A DNA stretch of 63,702 nucleotides, the filler included, from Octopus bimaculoides (lineage: Eukaryota): the NCBI RefSeq assembly GCF_001194135.2. It is 9 parts of 8 records of this genome, joined end to end, with 100 filler letters (N's around TTAATTAATTAA, not from the genome) between each part and the next. Parts side by side here need not be neighbours in the genome. Positions count along the whole stretch, not along the records: positions 1 to 21,508 come from NC_069010.1; positions 21,609 to 34,534 come from NC_068981.1; 7 more parts are not named here. One strand, written 5' to 3'. The position numbers and the translations under genes are program-made. The notes under the pieces are model-generated. The model searched no databases. It was not told the origin of the DNA and saw only the letters and a list, made by a program, of their open reading frames with translations. This document shows positions 11,017-23,934 of this stretch, piece by piece; within the stretch, counting starts at the first letter, position 1; each line of letters begins with the position of its first letter.

Positions 11017-14000
11017 TTTATTACCTTTGCACAGCTTCTAACGCTGGAGATGTACTATGGTGTCAGCTGTTCATTACCAGTGAACTAAGGTAACACCCCT
11101 TATTTTTCGAACACCTTCCGGAGTATTCGAGCAGTTCCAAGTAGTGCTGTTTTCTGCAAGTGCTCCACCCTTATTGCAGCCCCTATTTTTTCCATGTACT
11201 TCTCAAGATTTTTACTCACGGTTCCCAGCGCTACGACAATTATTGGTACTACTATCACCTTTTTCATCGACCACAACTGTTTAACCTCCCAAGCTAACTT
11301 GTGATATATATCGACTTTTCTTTCTTCCTTATTGCATACCTTGTTGTCAGCTGGGCATATTATATTTATCATCCAGGATAGTTTGTTTTCTTTCTCAATT
11401 AACACTATGTCTGTCTTCCTATTCTCTATCTCCTGGTCGCACTGAATCATAAAATCTTTGCATTATCATTTTCGATGATGCCTTCGGGTTTATGGTCGTA
11501 CCAATTTTTTGCTGTCAAGTCCATACTTGTTACAAAGTGTCCAATAGACAAACCTTGCTATATTGTCGTGGCGTCTCTTATATTCATTCTGGGCTAGTAG
11601 CGTACATTGGCTGGTAATATGCCGTAAGGTTTCCCCATTTTGTCCACAAATTCTGCACTTATCACTTTCTGATGTGTTGTCTATTCTGTATTTTATGTAT
11701 TTTGTTCTTAGCGCTTGCTCTTGAGTAGCATAGATTAGAGCCTCCGTTTCCGGCTTTTAATCACTTTTAGTCATCCACAGCCATCTTTTTTCTGTCTGTC
11801 GCATCTTCAACATCTCTATGGAATTGAACATGCATTCTTTTCTTTCCACACCTATTTTCAGTTTCATTCGTTTTCAATTTCTTGTATAATGCTTTATCTT
11901 TGCAATCTTTCATCCTGCACAAGCCTGACCTTCGTACGTCTAATAATAGCGGTTCTGTGACATTTTGTACATACCATGCTATGTTGTTTTCTTCTGCGCT
12001 AATGCTGTGTTTGCATCCAACAAATCCGCTTCCCCCTCGTTATCTTGGTACATACAGTCTGTCTGTGACATATTTTGGGTGGAGTGTCCCATATCTAGTT
12101 AGCAACTTCCTCGTCTTTCTGTCTAAGCTGTTTAGTTTGTCTACTCTCCATGTGATTACCCCTGCTCCATATCAAAAGAGTGAAACCACCCAGGTGTTGA
12201 TAGCTTCGATCTTATTCCGTCCATTTAATTTCAACTTAAGGATCAGCCTCAGTCTGCGCAAGTACTCCACCTTAAACTTTTCTGTCATTTCTTTCTCCAT
12301 CGGTTTATCCATTTTCAATATCCCAAAGTATTTATAGTCCGTCTCTTCTATCTGCTTCATAACCTCCCCGACGGTATCATTAACCGGTCCATACATTTGA
12401 TTTTGCCTCTCTTCAAGACTAAGACACCATACTTTCTCAGCCCGAACTCCATTCTGATATGAGCACTCAAATTATACAACGTATTAACGAGGGAACTGAC
12501 TTGGGATTCATGTTTAGCATAAAGTTTGAGGTCATCCATGAATAAAAAATTGTTTGACTTTTTGCTGGAGGCTTTTGAATACATACCCAGCTTTCGCTTT
12601 CCTCAGAATCAGTGTTAGTGGTATCAAGCACAGTACAAGGATCCGTGGGGACAGGCAGTTCCCTTGGAAGATGCCCCTCCTGATTTCTACTGTCCCTAAA
12701 CTTCTTTCGTATGCTGTCAGGTCCGTGCTCCAATTCGCCATACTTTTTCCAAGCAATCACTCAATACCAAATAGGTTCATACACTCCATAATCCAAGAAT
12801 ATGGGATCATACCGAACGCCTTACGATAGTTGATCCATGACATGGATAAGTTACTTTTCCTCCTCTTGCAGTCTCTGAGTACTGTTTTGTCTATCAGAAG
12901 TTGATCCTTGGTACCTCTGCACTTAAGCTTGCAACCCTTCTGGTTATGTGGCAAGACCCCATTTTTTACTAGATGTTCGTACACTGACTTGACTCTTCGA
13001 GTATTCCAGTCAATAACTTCCACATAAGTGGTAAACAGGATATCGGTCTGTAATTGTCTACCGTATTGCCTTTTTCGATGTTTTTCAAGCACAGCACTGT
13101 CATTACCAAAGTCAACCGCTTTGGTATTACTTGATCGGCATTTAACAAGGTGTTGTGTTGCGCAGCTATTCGTGCATGACATTCACCAAATATTTTGATC
13201 TAGTAGTTTTAAACGCCATCTGGTCCCAGGGCCTTCCAGTTGCTCATTTGTTTGCTGATTTCCTTCACTTCCCTAACCGAAATGACTAGTTCTGCATGTT
13301 TTGGACAGACTGCTGTTTGTTTCAGTTCTTGTAACCATTCAGCATCCTTCTTGTGCTCCTTGTCTTTGCTCCAGATGTCACTCCAAAACCTTTGGCTTTC
13401 AATGTTATCTGATATCAACTTTTAATCTGTACACTCCATTTATAGAATCTCTTCTGATCTACTCTGAATAATCTATTCTGCTGGTAGCCCTTGAGTCTTT
13501 GGTCGCATTTTAGTATCTTTGCTCTCTTTGCAACGAGGCGCTGTTTCAGGATCTTTCTTTCGATATTATACTTCCTTTTAAGTGCCCTGTATTTTTGTTC
13601 TCTTTTAAGCTCCCCTTTCTCTTTTCGGTCTAACACAGAAATTTCNNNNNNNNNNTCTCTTTTAAGCTCCCCTTTCTCTTTTCGGTCTAACACAGAAATT
13701 TCCTTCGAGAGCATGTTTAACCCTGCCTGGATTCTTCTTTTCCACCATGCATTTTTTCTTTCGTCTCTCCCATTATGTTCCTTTTTCTTGACATCCATAC
13801 CCACGTTTTCTGCTACAACAATACTTGCTGTCTTGATCAAATTATTTGTTTCTGTGATGTTGTTTGTTCTGATGTATTTCAGGATTTCATTGACATTTTT
13901 CGTTTCTTGTTTCAATTTCCACCGATCAACCTTTTTAGGGTTGCAAATAATGTCGCTATCGTTCTCCTGTAGTCTTACCTTTATTCTGTCGTAGTTTGTC

Positions 14001-14420
14001 TTTGGTTCATCTGTCATGTCGCCATTATTTTTATTGTCTTCTTTTAGATCATCTATATGTCTCTCATCAAGTAAACTACCAGTACTCCTTTCCTGTGCTA
14101 TGAGATTACTTTTATTAGTAAGAATTGTAGTCACCGTTATCTTTGCTGCTATTTTCCAATACCCGTCTTTTGATAGATTCGAGCTCTATTTCTGTGACCC
14201 AAAGGTTTTTTTCTTATTGATCTTTTTTCTCTCCAATGATCATACATACGTTGTCGGTAACCCCTAAGTTGAGCACCATTTCTGGATATCGACAGGCTGG
14301 AGCCAGACCAGAATCTCTGAACCTGCCGGGTACAACATTGTCACCATCAATGGCTTCAGTTTCATTACTATCATTATTCACAAAATTTTATTTTTTCATT
14401 GTCACTTATATGAGATAGTG
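11017..14420 (-). mobile_element. R4/Dong-like LINE, copy C, near full length, frameshifted
   Basis: WWKRRI..QQNRLFRVDQKRFY; FWSDIWS..WKALGPDGV; [15 protein letters not shown]; RRGIFQGNCLSP; FLFMDDLKLYAK; CRICGQNGETLRHITSQC; RKTDIVL..LGTARILRKVFEK* ending at 11100, then 3' UTR and short TAATAA end. Confidence 0.92.
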
Positions 14421-15675
14421 ATTATCAGGTTGCGCAATTACCAGTGTTTTTATTTTGACACCATTACTAGATGTATCAATAATCAGTGCATGGGGGGACT
14501 CTACCCGCTTCCTTTCATTATTATTATTATCATCACTGATATCACTGATATTATTGTTTTTATTTTTTTTTTACTATTTGTCATTGTTATATTAACAGAC
14601 TCAGCGGTCACACAGGCCTATGCAGGCTAGGGGTGGCACCAATTTCCAGTGCTGCTCACATGGAAAGCCGCATAGAAAAAATACTATTTGATCTGGCCTT
14701 CCTCAGTGATGTTAGTTGTAATTTAAAAGCGATGTAACTACTCTTTCTGTCATGCGGAACGACTTTCCAGAGTGTCCATTGCTCGCTTGTAATCCACTTC
14801 GGTGAACAGGCTCAGCGTGTGAAGACTAAGTTCGTTGCATTCATCCTTATTTCTGGAGCCACGATAACTGTTGTTTTTCAATACTGTGTTTTGTCGCTAG
14901 CTAGGTTATGTTCTCTAGCCACCGGTTCCGAGAGGATGGTAGATTTTAGTTACTTCATGTGTTGTTGATGTTCTTGTAATAGTTGTTGCTGTCTTTTTCC
15001 TGGGCAGTCTTCTTCAGTCTTCTATCGCCGTTGTCAGTTACTGGTCTATTGTTGTATTTATGTGTAGTATCATCAGTGATGGCAGCAACAGCAATAGTAG
15101 TAGGGGTGGGGATAGTGGTAATAGTGGTAGTCAGGCATCAGATTCCTGTTCTATCGCAATAGTAGTAGTTGTAGTATTAGCAGTTGCAGCATCTTATTAT
15201 TATTTTTATTATTATCATTATCACCATCACCACCATTACTATTGTTATTATCATTATTACTATTTCCGTTTATTATTAAAAGTTTTTTTTTTATTAAATA
15301 TTCTTTATTTTCAACATTTGTCTTGTACTTGAAGTAATCATAAGTATGTGGTTGTTGAAAGAAATAGTCGGGGGAAGTGTAACCGCTTGGTGAATAGATC
15401 AAATTATACAGGTCTATAAATAGATGCAGCAGATAGTGAGGAGGTCGGCAATAGAAGACAAAGGAATCTTCGCACCCTTTGGGTCAGCAGGGATAAAATA
15501 TGTTTACTACTACCAGCGACCAATGAGAGCGCTGACTCTTGCCTTGAAAAGAAGCAATTCACCCTGTTCTATTTGTAATTACTGGTAGAAAAAGCAATTA
15601 TATATATATATATATATATATATANNNNNNNNNNNNNNNNNNNNNNNNNNNNNNNNNNNNNNNNNNNNNNNNNNA

Positions 15676-16571
15676 AAGTTTCACACAAAATTTAATATAT
15701 TAAAGTTTTTAAGTTTTCTTGAGATGTTCGTTTGTCTGTCCAGTTGGAGAATACAGTAGTATTTTCGCAATGTTTACATTTTCGAATACTCAGGGAGAGA
15801 GAGAAAAAAAGGAATAAAGTTTTAAGATTTACTAAATATGGTCTTTTGTATGTCCGCTCAGAGAAAATTGTAGTGTTTTTAGAATAAAAAGCATGCTTAC
15901 ATTTTTGAATACTCAGGGAGAAAAGAAAGGATAGGTATTCACAGAAGTTGTAGATAGAGCGCCAGCCTTTTTAGGGGCTGGACGTGTTCTTCGCTGCTCT
16001 GACCTGTCAGCAGCTGAAGACACAGAAACACTAATACAACCCACAGGACAACTTAAAAATAACTCCCAAAGACTGGAATATCTACAATTTCCTGTGAGTA
16101 TTTTGAATTTCCCACAAAATAAGTAAAGAAACATACATATTTACAGCTTTCGAATACACAAACGATCAGCTTTGAAACTTTAATATCTACAACTTCTGTG
16201 AATACCTATAATTTCCTTCTCCCTGGGTATTCTAAAATGCAAATATCCTCTTTATTCCAAGAACACTACAGTTGTCTCTGCTTGGATAGACAAAAGGTCA
16301 TCTCCAGTAGATATTAAAACCTTAACATCTACAATTTTCTGTGAAAATTTTATCTTCCTTTTCTTTCGAAATCCTATCTCCCTGAGTATTCGAAAATGTA
16401 AACATTTTTTTTTTTGCAAAAACGCTACAGTCTTCTCTGAACAGACATACAAACAAACATCTCTAAAAAATTTAGAAAGTTTAATATCTCCAATTTTGTA
16501 TGAACATTTTATCTTTCCTATTTTACCTGACTACCCGAATATGTAAACATGCCTTTTATTGTAACAAAACA

Positions 16572-16575
<4 letters not shown>
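15676..16575. mobile_element. Foldback-like element with modular inverted arms
   Basis: Exact inverted pairs: 15931-15956 with 16184-16209 (26 bp) and 15771-15798 with 16377-16404 (28 bp). Arm subrepeats recur at about 15894, 16218 and 16523. Confidence 0.7.

Positions 16576-16577
<2 letters not shown>

Positions 16578-16631
<54 letters not shown>
16578..16631. repeat. (ATT)n tract, the 3' tail of LINE copy D
   Basis: Read directly; abuts the 3' UTR of copy D. Confidence 0.95.
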
Positions 16632-16634
<3 letters not shown>

Positions 16635-19600
16635 ATTCCTTCGTAACACAGTGTACGTAAAAATGCACCGGCGTCTTTAGTCATCTGTCAAGTCACAAGA
16701 ACAGCAAACAGATAATACTGTGTCCAATAACGCTGCTTTTTGCAAGACATAGGATTTGCAGTTGCCTTAAGAAGCCTTGAAGTTTCGATGGGATTGCGCA
16801 CAACGCTTCGATCACCACTGGTATCACTTCTACATTATCCTTTTGCATTCCATACAGTCTTTACATTTCCGCTTTCAATTCAGATTACTTGATGACTTTT
16901 TTCAACCACTTTACTCACGACATTCATATCATTTGGTATGGCTGCATCAATGATCTGACAGTATTTGTCTCTCTTATTCAATATGACAATATCCGGCCGA
17001 CGGTGTTCGACAACACGATCCGTCTGAAAATCATAGTCCCAGAGTATCGTTACTTTTCCATCTTCCTGCATAGCTTTAATTGATACATGCTCGTACCAGT
17101 TCTCTGTTACTTCATATTGGTATTTATGGCATAAAAGCCAGTGAATATACGCACACACTTTATCGTGGCGTTGTCTGTATTTTTATTATGCAAGGCTCTT
17201 ACATCCCCTAACTAAGTGGGTCACATTTTCCACACTCTTTCCACAGAGTCTTCATTTCTGGGTGTCAGAAGTTGTATAGATATTATACTTCACTGAAATG
17301 GTAGCGAGAGACTGGTCTTATGCAGCAATGATCAGGCTTTTGTTGGTACGCTTCAGGTCACCTAGCTCAAGCCATACCTATGATGCTGTATTATCCTTAA
17401 CGTCTTGAATATTCCTTTCAAAGTGTCCGTGCATTCTCATTTCAAGAAGGTCTTTTCTCTTCTCAGCTCTTTGGTTCAACTCTGCCTTGCCCACCATTTC
17501 TCTGTGTAGAATGTCATCCAGCTCCAAACTCCCTACATATTTATCCCTTTACTAACGTTGGTCTCTCCTCATGGTAACCGCAATCCTCTGCAGGCTGCTT
17601 TCTTCCCTCTTTTCATATTAAGTACTGAGCATTTAATGATCTCAAATTCCATACCAATGTCCCTACCACACTTCTGGACTGTTTTGGTTAAGGACTGTTT
17701 TTTTTTCAGATTTCCCTAACAATTTCTGTTCATCCATAAATAGAAGATGGTTCAATGATGGGTCTTTCTTCCCACATCGGCAACCAATCTTAACTTTCCC
17801 AAGTGTCATTGTTATGGGTATTAGTGCAATTACAAAAAGTAACGGTGAAAACGAGTCACCTTGGAAAATTCCCCTTTTAATGTTAACTTCTCCTAGGAAT
17901 ACATTACTTGAGAGTAATTTGGTTTTCCACTCTTTCATGTTATGCATTAGAAAATTTGTAATGTTGTCAGCAAAGCCAAACATCTGCATTCAACGATCCA
18001 AGAATGAAGCATCACATCATATGCCTTCTTAAAATCAATCCAAGCTATAGACATGTTTGTATGATGTTTTTTGCAATGCCTCAAGACTGTTTTCTCAATT
18101 ACCAGGTGATCGTTGGTATCCTGAGAGCTCTTCCTACATCCTTTTTGTTCCATTGGTAGTATTTGTTCCTGTACCAGGAAAGTGTATGTTTTTGCCGCAC
18201 ATATTCCAGTATCTTCCAGATTATGTTTAGGCATGCTATGGGACGGTAGTGTCTCACAAAATTCCCCTTCTATTTTTCATTACAAGTGTTGTCCTCCCAG
18301 TCACCATTCACGCGGCGACTATACCTTTCTGGACAATTGGGCTGCTAGTCTTTTATGCACCACATGACACCTCTTCTGCCAGAAGCCATGAATCTCATCC
18401 GATCCGATCCGGGGGCTCTCCAGTTAGGCACTTTACCCACTTTTTCCTTCACATCCCCAGCGCTTATAACAATATTCCTTTGTTTCTTTCCTCCTTGTAA
18501 TTATGTCTTGATAGTTCTTATCCACATTGCATCCCTTTTTTGCATCACATTGTTTCCCCATAATCCGCCCCAGAACTCCTTCAATTGATTTGAAACAGGA
18601 CTAACATTTTCCCTATTGTCTCCTTCTAACATTCGGAAGAATTGCTTAGGGTTATTTTTGAACAATCTGTTCTCCTCGAACTGCTTATTTCTGTTCACAA
18701 ACCTTATCTTCTGGCTTTTTGTCATGATCCTCTGTTTTAACTGCTCTATTACTATTACTGCATCAAACCCGTTCTTTCGTATTTTATATTTCTTCTCTAA
18801 TTTTTTTCGACCAGTCTTTTACCCATTTCCCAGTTTCCTCTTAACCATTACTCAATTTTACCTAGATCTTGCCTCGCACGCTTTATGTCCCTTTCAATGC
18901 GTCGTTTCCACCATCTTTCTTTTGCTCCATCATTTTTGTTCTCTTAAGTTGTAATTTCTCCTCAACAAGTAGAGCAGTATCCCGGAGAAGATTCCTTGTT
19001 TGTGTTATGTCCTCTGTTTGGATGTATGGTATGACAGTATTCATTTTTTGTGCTACTTTATTTATCATGCTTCTATCTACCCTTCTCATATTAATGGGTA
19101 TTTTTTTCTTCTGGAGCATTCATTAAGTCGGTGAGTCGTCTTTGAATTTCAAGCAATTCATTATCTAGTAGGTTCATTTCCCCTGCATGTCCACCCGCCA
19201 CACTATCAGGGTTCACTGTATAATGTTCCTGTTCCTCCTCCTTAACTGCCCCATCACCATTCTCCTATTCCTCCTGTCTACTCTTCTCCCTGCTTTCAAC
19301 TCCTACCTCTCTATTTTCAATTCCGACCATTCTTTGTAGCCCATCTGCAGCGTCTCTCAGACACTCACTGATCCGAAGTATTTCTGCTCCAGTTAAGTAA
19401 CTCTTCCTCCTAATTACACTCACTTGGTTCATTAGTTTGTTTTCTGACATTGGACACATATCGTTTTCCATCCAAAATTTCAAGGTACGTCGTCCTACTC
19501 CGCGACTTCTTTCTAGCTTTGTTCCTTCATGACATTCCATAAGTGTATCATACTCTTCCACGTGCATGTGATTTGTTGTGACATAACGACCGTCCGAGGC

Positions 19601-19750
19601 CAGATCACTGTCCATGATGCAGGGGGTTTCGGACGTGCCGGGCGAGAAACCTTCGCCATGAGGGCTCTAGCTTCATTCTCGCCGTTAATTCTTTCCTTGT
19701 TGTGTTGCATCATGCTGTAATGAGTCATTCATGGGGTCCCCATGAGATTT
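16632..19750 (-). mobile_element. R4/Dong-like LINE, copy D, near full length with internal deletion
   Basis: N-terminus MMQHNK..SENKLMNQV; EENRLFKNNPKQFFR; EQKGCRK..DHLVIEKTVL; KRGIFQGDSFSPLLFVIALIP..HLLFMDEQK; ILWDYDFQTDRVVEHRRPDIVIL. The post-RT thumb region appears missing near 17650. Confidence 0.9.
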
Positions 19751-20139
19751 GTTACTGAGATCCCATCTTTCTCTTCCGCTCTTTATTTGTATAAACACGT
19801 GCATTAGTATGTGCATACACATATATATGAATAGCTTGCTTGCATTGTGTCGCCTCCATAACCACAGTGATTATCATTACCACCATCTTTCTACCTATAG
19901 CATTTGAAATTATCAATAATAATATGGTCCTGGTATATTGCAGCAGATCATCACTATTTATCAAAAAACAAACAAAAATTAATAAGGAGGGAAGCACCTG
20001 CCAATATATACATACTGCACAATTACAAAATCTGTAAACCATAGTAAATCTTCTAAAAAGAAAAGGAAAATCAAACAAAAAAATCAGAAAATCAAAAATT
20101 CAACGACGTGAACATCAGTATATATGTATATATATATAT

Positions 20140-21255
20140 AATATATTAATATTTCTAAGTCTCTCAAAAGGAGACTACGGCAGCGGTACTGGAAATTAAT
20201 AGTTATCGCCAAGCCAACATGGCAGTCCTAAAAATAGGACGAATGCTGCCATTAATTAGCTCCAAGAGGCCATCGCCTCTAGCTAGCTATGTGACACACG
20301 AATCTGTGTCCATTATAACATTCGAACAGGGTGGGGTCAGCTTTCACTTGCTAGTTTCGAGGTATTACCTCTTATCAATGTAGAGCAGCCGAACCCAGCA
20401 AGCGTCGCTTAAATCTTTATTACGATCATAATGATCTATATACAGAAAAGACAATAACAGGACAAATAATACAAAAATGTTAATATGAGTTCGAATGAGC
20501 GTTAGGATAAAAATTTACATAAATAATTAAATTTGGATAACTTTAAACTAAAACTTTAAACTAAGACTTAAATAAAGAAAAAGACACAAAGAAAGAAAAG
20601 AAAATGCAAAGTTTAAAAGATCGAACCTGGTAGCCAATAAGGCCCAGCAGCTAACTTTTCCTTTTATCGATGATTAAGCTGAGTTTCTGACACCCACCTT
20701 TCTCATCACATCCTTCCATCGTTTTTCATATTCTTTCAGCTGTAGGGTCTTCCTCTCCAGCCCCATCTTGCTTTTCAGATGATATCTGAAGTATGAGAGC
20801 AAACCGGGACCAGAAACGAAGGACCCTGCCACTAATCCTTCCATTCTAGTCCTCCAAACACACTCTTTCAATACAGCAACCGTACAGTAAAAACATGCCT
20901 CACCTTCCTTTGAGAGTCCAGTTGGCGGTATCATCTTTATTATGGATCCAGCCGATAGCTGTACTCATCCCAGATGTGACAACATATGTTCTACGTAAAT
21001 TATCAAACTCGAATGTTCCCGACAATGTACAAAAGCGTGCTGGACAGTTTCCCTGTCCAACTCACATCTTGGACATGTCGTTGGCACTGCCATTCCGTTC
21101 CGAGATAACTTATCGCGAACAGGTAAAGCGTTCCTGTAACACTGCCAAGCCAGGGATTTTTGGTAATTATCCAAATACCCTGGCCTGAAGGTTTTCTTGA
21201 ACAGGTTGGTAAGTTGGTTCTCATCGAACCCCAGAGCCCCTCTTAGGACGTCGTC
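20140..21255 (-). mobile_element. Tx1/L1-like LINE 3' fragment (ORF2 zf-RVT C-terminus plus 3' UTR)
   Basis: LAWQCYRNALPVRDKL..CPRCELDRETVQHAFVHC (ORF 20965-21324) and AVLKECVWRTR..FRYHLKSKM..LERK (ORF 20674-20934). Bounded on both sides by (TA)n. The 3' UTR boundary is approximate. Confidence 0.8.
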
Positions 21256-21269
21256 ATATATATATATAA

Positions 21270-21500
21270 TTCTCTTTACTCTTTTACTTGTTTTAGTCAT
21301 TTGACTGTGGCTATACTGGAGCACCGCCTTTAGTCGAGCAAATCGACCACAGGACTTATTCTTTGGAAGCCTAGTACTTATTCTATCGGTCTCTTTTGCC
21401 GAACTGCTAAGTTACAGGGACGTAAACACACCAGCATCGGTTGTCAAGCAATGTTGGGGGGACAAACACAGACACACAAACATATACACACACATACATA
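21270..21500 (-). mobile_element. SINE family 1, 3' half
   Basis: Reverse complement of 45240-45428 (GGTGCTCCAGCATAGCCGCAGTCAAATGACTGAAACAAGTAAAAGAG). Confidence 0.85.
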
Positions 21501-21552
21501 TATATATANNNNNNNNNNNNNNNNNNNNNNNNNNNNNNNNNNNNNNNNNNNN

Positions 21553-21564
21553 TTAATTAATTAA
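21553..21564. other. Assembly spacer TTAATTAATTAA within N run (artefact; also at 34579, 45530, 49238, 51784, 53928, 56091, 60949)
   Basis: Identical palindromic 12-mer with stops in all six frames, set inside N runs; counted here as 44 N on each side (100-bp spacer). Confidence 0.95.
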
Positions 21565-21687
21565 NNNNNNNNNNNNNNNNNNNNNNNNNNNNNNNNNNNN
21601 NNNNNNNNTATATATATATATATATGCACACACACACACACACATATATGAGAGAATTCTTTTAATCCTGCAGAATCCCAGGCTGTC

Positions 21688-21903
21688 TGGTAAGAAGTAT
21701 GTTGCCCAAAAACATGGTTCGGGGTTCAGTTCCACTGCGTGACACCTTCGGCAAGTGCCTTCTACTATAGCCTCGGGCCGACCAAAGCCTTGTAAGTGGA
21801 TTTGGTAGACGGAAACTGAAAGAAGCCCGTCGTATGTGTGTGCGTGTGTGTGTCTGTGTGTGTCTGTGTGTGTCTGTTCTCCCACCACCGCTTGACAACC
21901 GAT
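21688..21903 (+). mobile_element. SINE family 1, 5' half plus GT tract
   Basis: GGGTTCAGTTCCACTGCGTGACACCTTCGGCAAGTGCCTTCTACTATAGCCTCGGGCCGACCAAAGCCTTG..GGAAACTGAAAGAAGCCCGTCG. Confidence 0.85.
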
Positions 21904-23865
21904 ACATTCGACTAAAAATTCTTCAAAGCGGTACCCCATGACTGAATGACTAAATTAGGCGGTGCCTAATGACTGAAAGAAGTAAAAGATAAAAGAGACT
22001 ATAAAAAAATTATTACACTTTTCACAAAGTTTTAAACTTTTTCTTCAAAGAATGTATTAATTTATGTTCAAATCTCCCTGCTGATTTTCAGATGAAATGG
22101 CTACGTAGTTGTGATGTTGACCTACAGAAGAAATGGTTCAGCATAGCCATAATACAGAATCTGTAAACAAGATATAAATCTACATTAATTACGTTATGTC
22201 TCGGCCTGAATATCTGATCTGACAAATCAGTTCCACGTTTATATTATTAGCATAAATACTGCCCATCCAGATATAAATATATCACACGTGCACTTTAGAA
22301 ATGATTCCTAATTATGCTAGTAATGGAAATTATACATAAAACAATGAGAAAATGCAGCAATAACGCTTGAAAACTCATAAATAATAGAGCTTAATAAGAA
22401 GCAAGTCTAGAAATTTGTGGACAGCAATAGTCAACCTCACAACTTGTCAGACATTTTATCATATCGATCTCGAAATCATGAAAGAAAAGGTGAATTTGAC
22501 CTAGACGGTATTGTAACTCGGAAGATATATGATGCAAAGTATTTTGTCCAAAAGTCTCACTGTTCTAATCCAAAAGTTTGTAAATAAGGATTAGTCTATA
22601 AGAGTGACGAAAATTTAGGAATTCGTCTTTTTATGACTCTTTATTACAATTCATGTCTGGAAATTTGAACAATGTCTTTTTGTTTCCTTTCGTATTTAGT
22701 TCTCTTGCCCCAAATCAAAACTGAACTTCAATACCTTGACGGTAAAAATATATCTTTAAAAAATATTGTGGATGTTTTTCATAAACGTTTCTGTCTTACA
22801 TTTGTTAAATTTAAGTTATTGTACAACTTTTTCTGCTGTTTTTAGCCATTAATTTTTTTATTATTTTTCTACTCACAATGAATACTAGTGAATATTATTT
22901 TCACGTGTTACAATTATTTAAAATGGAGTCAACCACATTGTAGTTCTGTGGTTGTTTAAGAACTACTAGATAAAAAATGCGAACAACAAACTAAAATAAA
23001 ATAAAACATTTTTAAGATTTCTCCGTATGAGAACAAATGGTTTATTTTGATAGAAATGGGAACAAAAATAGTGGAAATATTTTCATATGTTATAAAAGCA
23101 AATAAGACTTCATAGAACCTATCACACTAAATTGGCACTTTTTGTTTTAAAGAAGCTGAAACAAAACTATCATTTTGTATATTTTAAAAAATAAATTTGA
23201 TATGGTTGTTTGGATGATTTTCTATAAAAGCGAAGCATATAAAAGTCTTTATTTGCATCAGATAAACATTTTCATATTTTCCTAACTGGAAGTACTTTAT
23301 CTTTCAAGAAATTATAGTTCAGTTAGCGGTTTCAGATTGTGCTTTGTCAAGATTAACGCACAGATACGATTCGAACGTCACGTTTATAAAAACTGAAAGA
23401 CGATGTCCAATTTAGAAACAGATTGTCGCAATTTTAGGCATCGATTCAAACTGTATGAAATCACAGCCCAAAGAATTCAACTTTTCTTCTCTGCAGTAAT
23501 ACAATTTACTCTACTTTCGGAACTATTTGCACGTATACATGGTTTGTCTAGAGATTCGTAGCAGTCAACACTAACTAAATTCATTCTTATTATTTCAAAT
23601 TCGGTATATATACTCCAAGCAAGATGAAACATTTAAATACTTTATTCATTAGGAAATAGTCAAGTTAGTCTTATAATATAGAATTCAATTAGCAATGACG
23701 TCCCTGAATAATTTCTCTCAGTGATATATTTGACTCTTTTGTAATCGTAAATATCAGTACAACCTGCCGATCGTAATTGGCGGGATTTACTGATATTACA
23801 TGCACACGTACACAGGAACATGCATACATACACACACACAACACATAAATACATACATGAATATT

Positions 23866-23906
<41 letters not shown>

Positions 23907-23934
23907 CTGCCTTTCCCTTGGATACTATTGGTTA

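Noticed and set aside
13599-13702. 47-bp tandem duplication inside LINE C
   Set aside because: The identical copies flank a 10-N gap: an unmerged contig overlap.
14590-15050. Coding-looking, GC-elevated segment upstream of LINE C
   Set aside because: All frames contain stops and no family motif could be identified; probably a decayed TE but unassignable.
19590-19745. Possible HDV-like ribozyme at the 5' end of LINE D (7-bp GGCGAGA/TCTCGCC helix on minus, plus a TCATGGGG-A-CCCCATGA palindrome)
   Set aside because: P3, L3, P1.1 and J4/2 could not be assigned, and the region lies within the apparent ORF start.
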